Of a DNA stretch of 64,000 nt, positions 61,175 to 64,000 are shown piece by piece. The DNA comes from Chromatiales bacterium (lineage in GTDB: Bacteria; Pseudomonadota; Gammaproteobacteria; Steroidobacterales; Woeseiaceae): contig JAIBDF010000001.1 of the NCBI GenBank assembly GCA_024679535.1, positions 21,748 to 85,747 of the forward strand, in the 5' to 3' direction. The stretch's first letter is position 1, and each line of letters starts with the position of its first letter. The notes under the pieces were generated by a model. The model made no database searches. It was not told the origin of the DNA and was given only the letters and a program-made list of their open reading frames with translations. A program made the position numbers and the translations under genes.

Positions 61175-63910
61175 CTAGTCCTGGCCGGGTTCCGCCGGCT
61201 TAGTTTCCGGCTTGGGTGCCGGTGCTGGTTTTTCAATCTTGGGTTCGGGTGTTGCCGCAGGTTTTGATTCCGCTTTCGGTGGCGGCGCCGGCTCGGCTTT
61301 TGGCGAAGCCTTCGGCTTCTCGACAGGCTTGGCTACCACCGGTAATGAAGGCTGTTCCCACGGCAGCAGTTTCGGCTTTCCGCCGGTCCCGTTGCCATCT
61401 GCGGCTGGCTTGGACTCGGCCTGCGGCTTGGACTCGGCCTTGGGCTTGGACTCGACCTGCGGCTTGGACTCGACCTGCGGCTTGGACTCGGCCTGCGGCT
61501 TGGGCTCGGCCTTGGGCTTGGACTCGGCCTGCGGCTTGGACTCAGCCTTGGGCTTCGGTTCAGTCTCAGCCCTCGTCTCTGCTTTCGCACCCGGATTTGC
61601 TTCCGTCTTGTCAGCAGCAGGCTTCCTGCGGCGACGTGGCTTCGGCTTGCTCTCGGTGTCAGCGGTGCGTTCCGCATCGGTGCGTGCGCGTGGCGGCCCT
61701 GACGGTTTCTCGCTGGCCGGAGCAGTGTCAGCCGGCGTTTGCTCCGGTGCCTGTTGCTCCTGCGACGGCTTTGCGGGAGTCTTCTTGCGAGGCGCCCGCT
61801 TCTTAGGCGTCTCGGCCTGCGCTGCCGATTCCTGCTGCGGTGCCTCGTTTGTCTGTGGCTGCGTGTCAGCCGTCTGCTCTGGCTTATCTTCGCTACGCCG
61901 GCGACGACGCCCGCCACGACTACGACGACTCCGTGATGAACGTTTCGGCTCGTTCTTGTTCTCGTCGCCTTGATCCGTGCGCTTTTCAGGCAGCTGCTGT
62001 TGCTGGCCTTCTTTTTGCGCCGGCTTGCGGCGCGCGCCAGTCTTTTTGGCAGTCTTCTTCGAAGCGGCTTTCTTCGATGCGGTCTTTTTCTGTGTCGGCT
62101 TGCGCTGCCCGCCACGACTCTCGCTGCCACGGCGCTTTGCCTTCTGGCCCCGGCCACCATGACTCTGCTTGCCGCCTTTGCTGCGGCGTGACTGATTCTG
62201 CTCCTCGTCCGCATCGTCGCCCTTGAACATCGACACGATGGAGGCGAATAGACCCTTCTTCTTCGCTTTAGGCTCGGGCGCCGGCTTCTGACGCTTGGGT
62301 GCAGGCTTGGACGGTTTCAATGTGCCGACCACTGGCGCTTCAATCGCTTTGCGCTCCAGGATGGCCTGTGGCGATTCTGGCTCCGGTGCCGAATCGGCGA
62401 GTGAATAACTTACGCCCGTGTTCTCGGGCAAATCCGTCTGGTCATCGCGAACACGACGCACCTCATAGTGTGGCGTTTCGAGCAATGGATTAGCGACGAG
62501 CACAACCTGCGTGTCGTTGCGGTCTTCCAGATTCTGTACCCAATCCCGTTTTTCGTTCAGCAGGTACGTGGATACCTCAACCGGCAGTTGCGCAATAACC
62601 TTGGATGTCCGTTCCTTGCGCGCTTCCTCACCGACGAGGCGAAGAATAGCGAGCGCCAGCGATTCAACACTGCGGATAGTGCCGAAGCCCGAGCAGCGGG
62701 GACAGGTCATGTGTGACGATTCGCCAATAGATGGACGCAGACGCTGGCGTGACATCTCGAGCAGGCCAAAGCGGCTGATTTTGCCGATCTGTACGCGCGC
62801 ACGATCCTGGCGTACCGCTTCGCGTAGTCGATTCTCTACATCGCGCTGGTGTTTTGAAGGGCCCATGTCGATGAAGTCGATGACCACGAGTCCACCCAGG
62901 TCGCGTATACGTAACTGGCGGGCAACTTCGTCGGCGGCTTCCAGATTTGTGTTGAGCGCGGTGGCCTCGATATCACCACCCTTGGTTGCGCGGGCGGAGT
63001 TGATATCGATGGAGACCAGTGCCTCGGTGTGATCGATGACGATGCTGCCACCGGATGGCAGGTGCACCGTGTGCGCGAAGGCAGATTCGATCTGCGATTC
63101 GATCTGGAAGCGCGTGAACAGCGGCACCGGATCGACGTAGTGTTTTATCTTCTTGATGTTGTGCGGCATCGTCTGTTCGACGTGCTCAACGGCGTCTTTG
63201 TACGTTTGCTCGTCGTCGATCAGGATCTCGCCGATCTCGTTGGTCAGGTAATCACGCAGGGCGCGGACCACGGAATCGCTCTCGCGGTAGATCAGGAATG
63301 GTGACGGTCGTTCGAGCACGACATTCAGGATGGCCGTCCAGACCGTCAGCAGATTCTCGAGGTCCCAGGCCAGTTCTTCGGCGCTGCGATCAATGCCCGC
63401 TGTCCGCAGGATGACACTCATGCCATCGGGAATGACGATTTCGTTCAGTGACTTTCTCGCCGCGTCGCGATCTTGCCCGACGATGCGCCGTGAAACGCCG
63501 CCGGAGCGCGATTTATTCGGTTTGAGGACGATGAAGCGGCCAGCCAGGCTGACGAATGTTGTCAGTGCTGCGCCCTTGTTGCCACGCTCTTCCTTGTCGA
63601 CCTGGACGACGATGTCCTGGCCTTCCTTGAGCACGTCCTTGATATTGGTCTTGCCGCTGGACTTTGCGTCCTTGACGAAATACTCGCTGGAGATTTCTTT
63701 TAATGGCAGGAAGCCGTGGCGATCGCCACCATAGTCGACAAACGCGGCTTCGAGGCTGGGCTCGATGCGCGTGATCTTTCCTTTGTAGATGTTGGCTTTT
63801 TTGCGTTGGCTAGCCGGTGCTTCGATATTGAGATCGTAGAGGCGTTGGCCATCGACCATCGCCATGCGCAACTCTTCTTCCTGAGTCGCATTGATTAGCA
63901 TTCTTTTCAT
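61175..63910 (-). CDS. rne: ribonuclease E
   Basis: 911 aa. N-terminal S1 and catalytic domains ([21 protein letters not shown], the DNase I-like region, Zn-link CPRCSGFG). Amphipathic membrane-targeting-like helix [14 protein letters not shown] (about 62219-62263). The C-terminal half is Arg-rich with a Pro/Lys/Glu-rich repetitive scaffold. Confidence 0.95.
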   Translation of the reverse strand: MKRMLINATQEEELRMAMVDGQRLYDLNIEAPASQRKKANIYKGKITRIEPSLEAAFVDYGGDRHGFLPLKEISSEYFVKDAKSSGKTNIKDVLKEGQDIVVQVDKEERGNKGAALTTFVSLAGRFIVLKPNKSRSGGVSRRIVGQDRDAARKSLNEIVIPDGMSVILRTAGIDRSAEELAWDLENLLTVWTAILNVVLERPSPFLIYRESDSVVRALRDYLTNEIGEILIDDEQTYKDAVEHVEQTMPHNIKKIKHYVDPVPLFTRFQIESQIESAFAHTVHLPSGGSIVIDHTEALVSIDINSARATKGGDIEATALNTNLEAADEVARQLRIRDLGGLVVIDFIDMGPSKHQRDVENRLREAVRQDRARVQIGKISRFGLLEMSRQRLRPSIGESSHMTCPRCSGFGTIRSVESLALAILRLVGEEARKERTSKVIAQLPVEVSTYLLNEKRDWVQNLEDRNDTQVVLVANPLLETPHYEVRRVRDDQTDLPENTGVSYSLADSAPEPESPQAILERKAIEAPVVGTLKPSKPAPKRQKPAPEPKAKKKGLFASIVSMFKGDDADEEQNQSRRSKGGKQSHGGRGQKAKRRGSESRGGQRKPTQKKTASKKAASKKTAKKTGARRKPAQKEGQQQQLPEKRTDQGDENKNEPKRSSRSRRSRGGRRRRRSEDKPEQTADTQPQTNEAPQQESAAQAETPKKRAPRKKTPAKPSQEQQAPEQTPADTAPASEKPSGPPRARTDAERTADTESKPKPRRRRKPAADKTEANPGAKAETRAETEPKPKAESKPQAESKPKAEPKPQAESKPQVESKPQVESKPKAESKPQAESKPAADGNGTGGKPKLLPWEQPSLPVVAKPVEKPKASPKAEPAPPPKAESKPAATPEPKIEKPAPAPKPETKPAEPGQD
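61405..61565 (-). repeat. about nine tandem copies of an 18-bp unit inside rne, encoding (S/P)KP(Q/K)(A/V)E hexapeptides
   Basis: On the plus strand, CTGCGGCTTGGACTCGGC variants repeat head to tail. The translation is [50 protein letters not shown]. Confidence 0.9.
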
Positions 63911-64000
63911 GTTGTCCTACTTGTAAGTTGGAGGACAGCATTACGGGGCAGGGCGCCGAGCGGGCGCAGGGGATTTCACGCACAGGAGTCCGGCGCCGGA
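63911..64000 (-). promoter_or_regulatory. structured 5' leader of rne (partial; possible autoregulatory hairpins)
   Basis: On the minus strand there are two hairpins. One is GCGCC-CGCTC-GGCGC. The other, GTCCT-N12-AGGAC, has a 3' arm covering the only SD-like AGGA, about 6-9 nt before the ATG. E. coli rne is autoregulated through its leader; function here is inferred. Confidence 0.35.

Noticed and set aside
61212-62214. Gly/Ala/Ser-rich 253-aa and Arg-rich 293-aa ORFs overlapping the 3' half of rne. Also the idea that the 18-bp repeat array might be a CRISPR or a minisatellite outside genes.
   Set aside because: The repeats are contiguous with no spacers. They are in frame with a full-length RNase E and encode a plausible disordered PKAE-type scaffold. 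The other frames are by-products of the repetitive, G+C-rich sequence.

Overview
The window is a high-G+C gammaproteobacterial chromosome segment, and most of it is tightly packed core housekeeping genes. The order is pyrG-kdsA-eno-ftsB-truD, surE-pcm-yqaA-nlpD-rpoS, an RpfE-like gene with recJ-prfB-lysS, and a succinate dehydrogenase locus with its assembly factors. Next come rpoE-rseABC-lepA-lepB-rnc-era-recO-pdxJ-acpS, rlmD-nagZ-MTA/MTI phosphorylase, and csiV-like-mfd. The last stretch is the lol genes, DUF2062, comEC, exbBD-msbA-lpxK-kdsB, then LMW-PTP and rne. I saw no rRNA, tRNA, CRISPR array, transposase or integrase.

Two stretches look accessory:
- A block of about 9.3 kb (51.4-60.7 kb) sits between kdsB and the LMW phosphatase. 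It holds an orphan tryptophan 2,3-dioxygenase and a translationally coupled four-gene envelope module with no adaptor or TolC-like gene (DUF1302 barrel, DUF1329, BNR/Ycf48-like propeller, MMPL/HpnN-like RND). It also holds a roughly 0.45 kb non-coding control region and a divergent globin-coupled diguanylate cyclase. This module is my best candidate for a poorly understood system.
- A visibly A+T-richer single-gene island (3.8-5.8 kb) encodes a TPR-sulfotransferase fusion. It lies where ispD/ispF would be expected.

Smaller points of interest:
- the prfB +1 frameshift, which the ORF track misses
- an RpoS with almost no N-terminal extension and a basic region 3.2
- a GGDEF protein with a degenerate active site but a retained I-site
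- sdhCDAB flanked by SDHAF4-like, SdhE and YgfZ genes
- a PolB-exonuclease-like gene after acpS
- an 18-bp coding tandem repeat in rne

All calls come from reading the translated ORFs and the DNA by eye. No searches were run.
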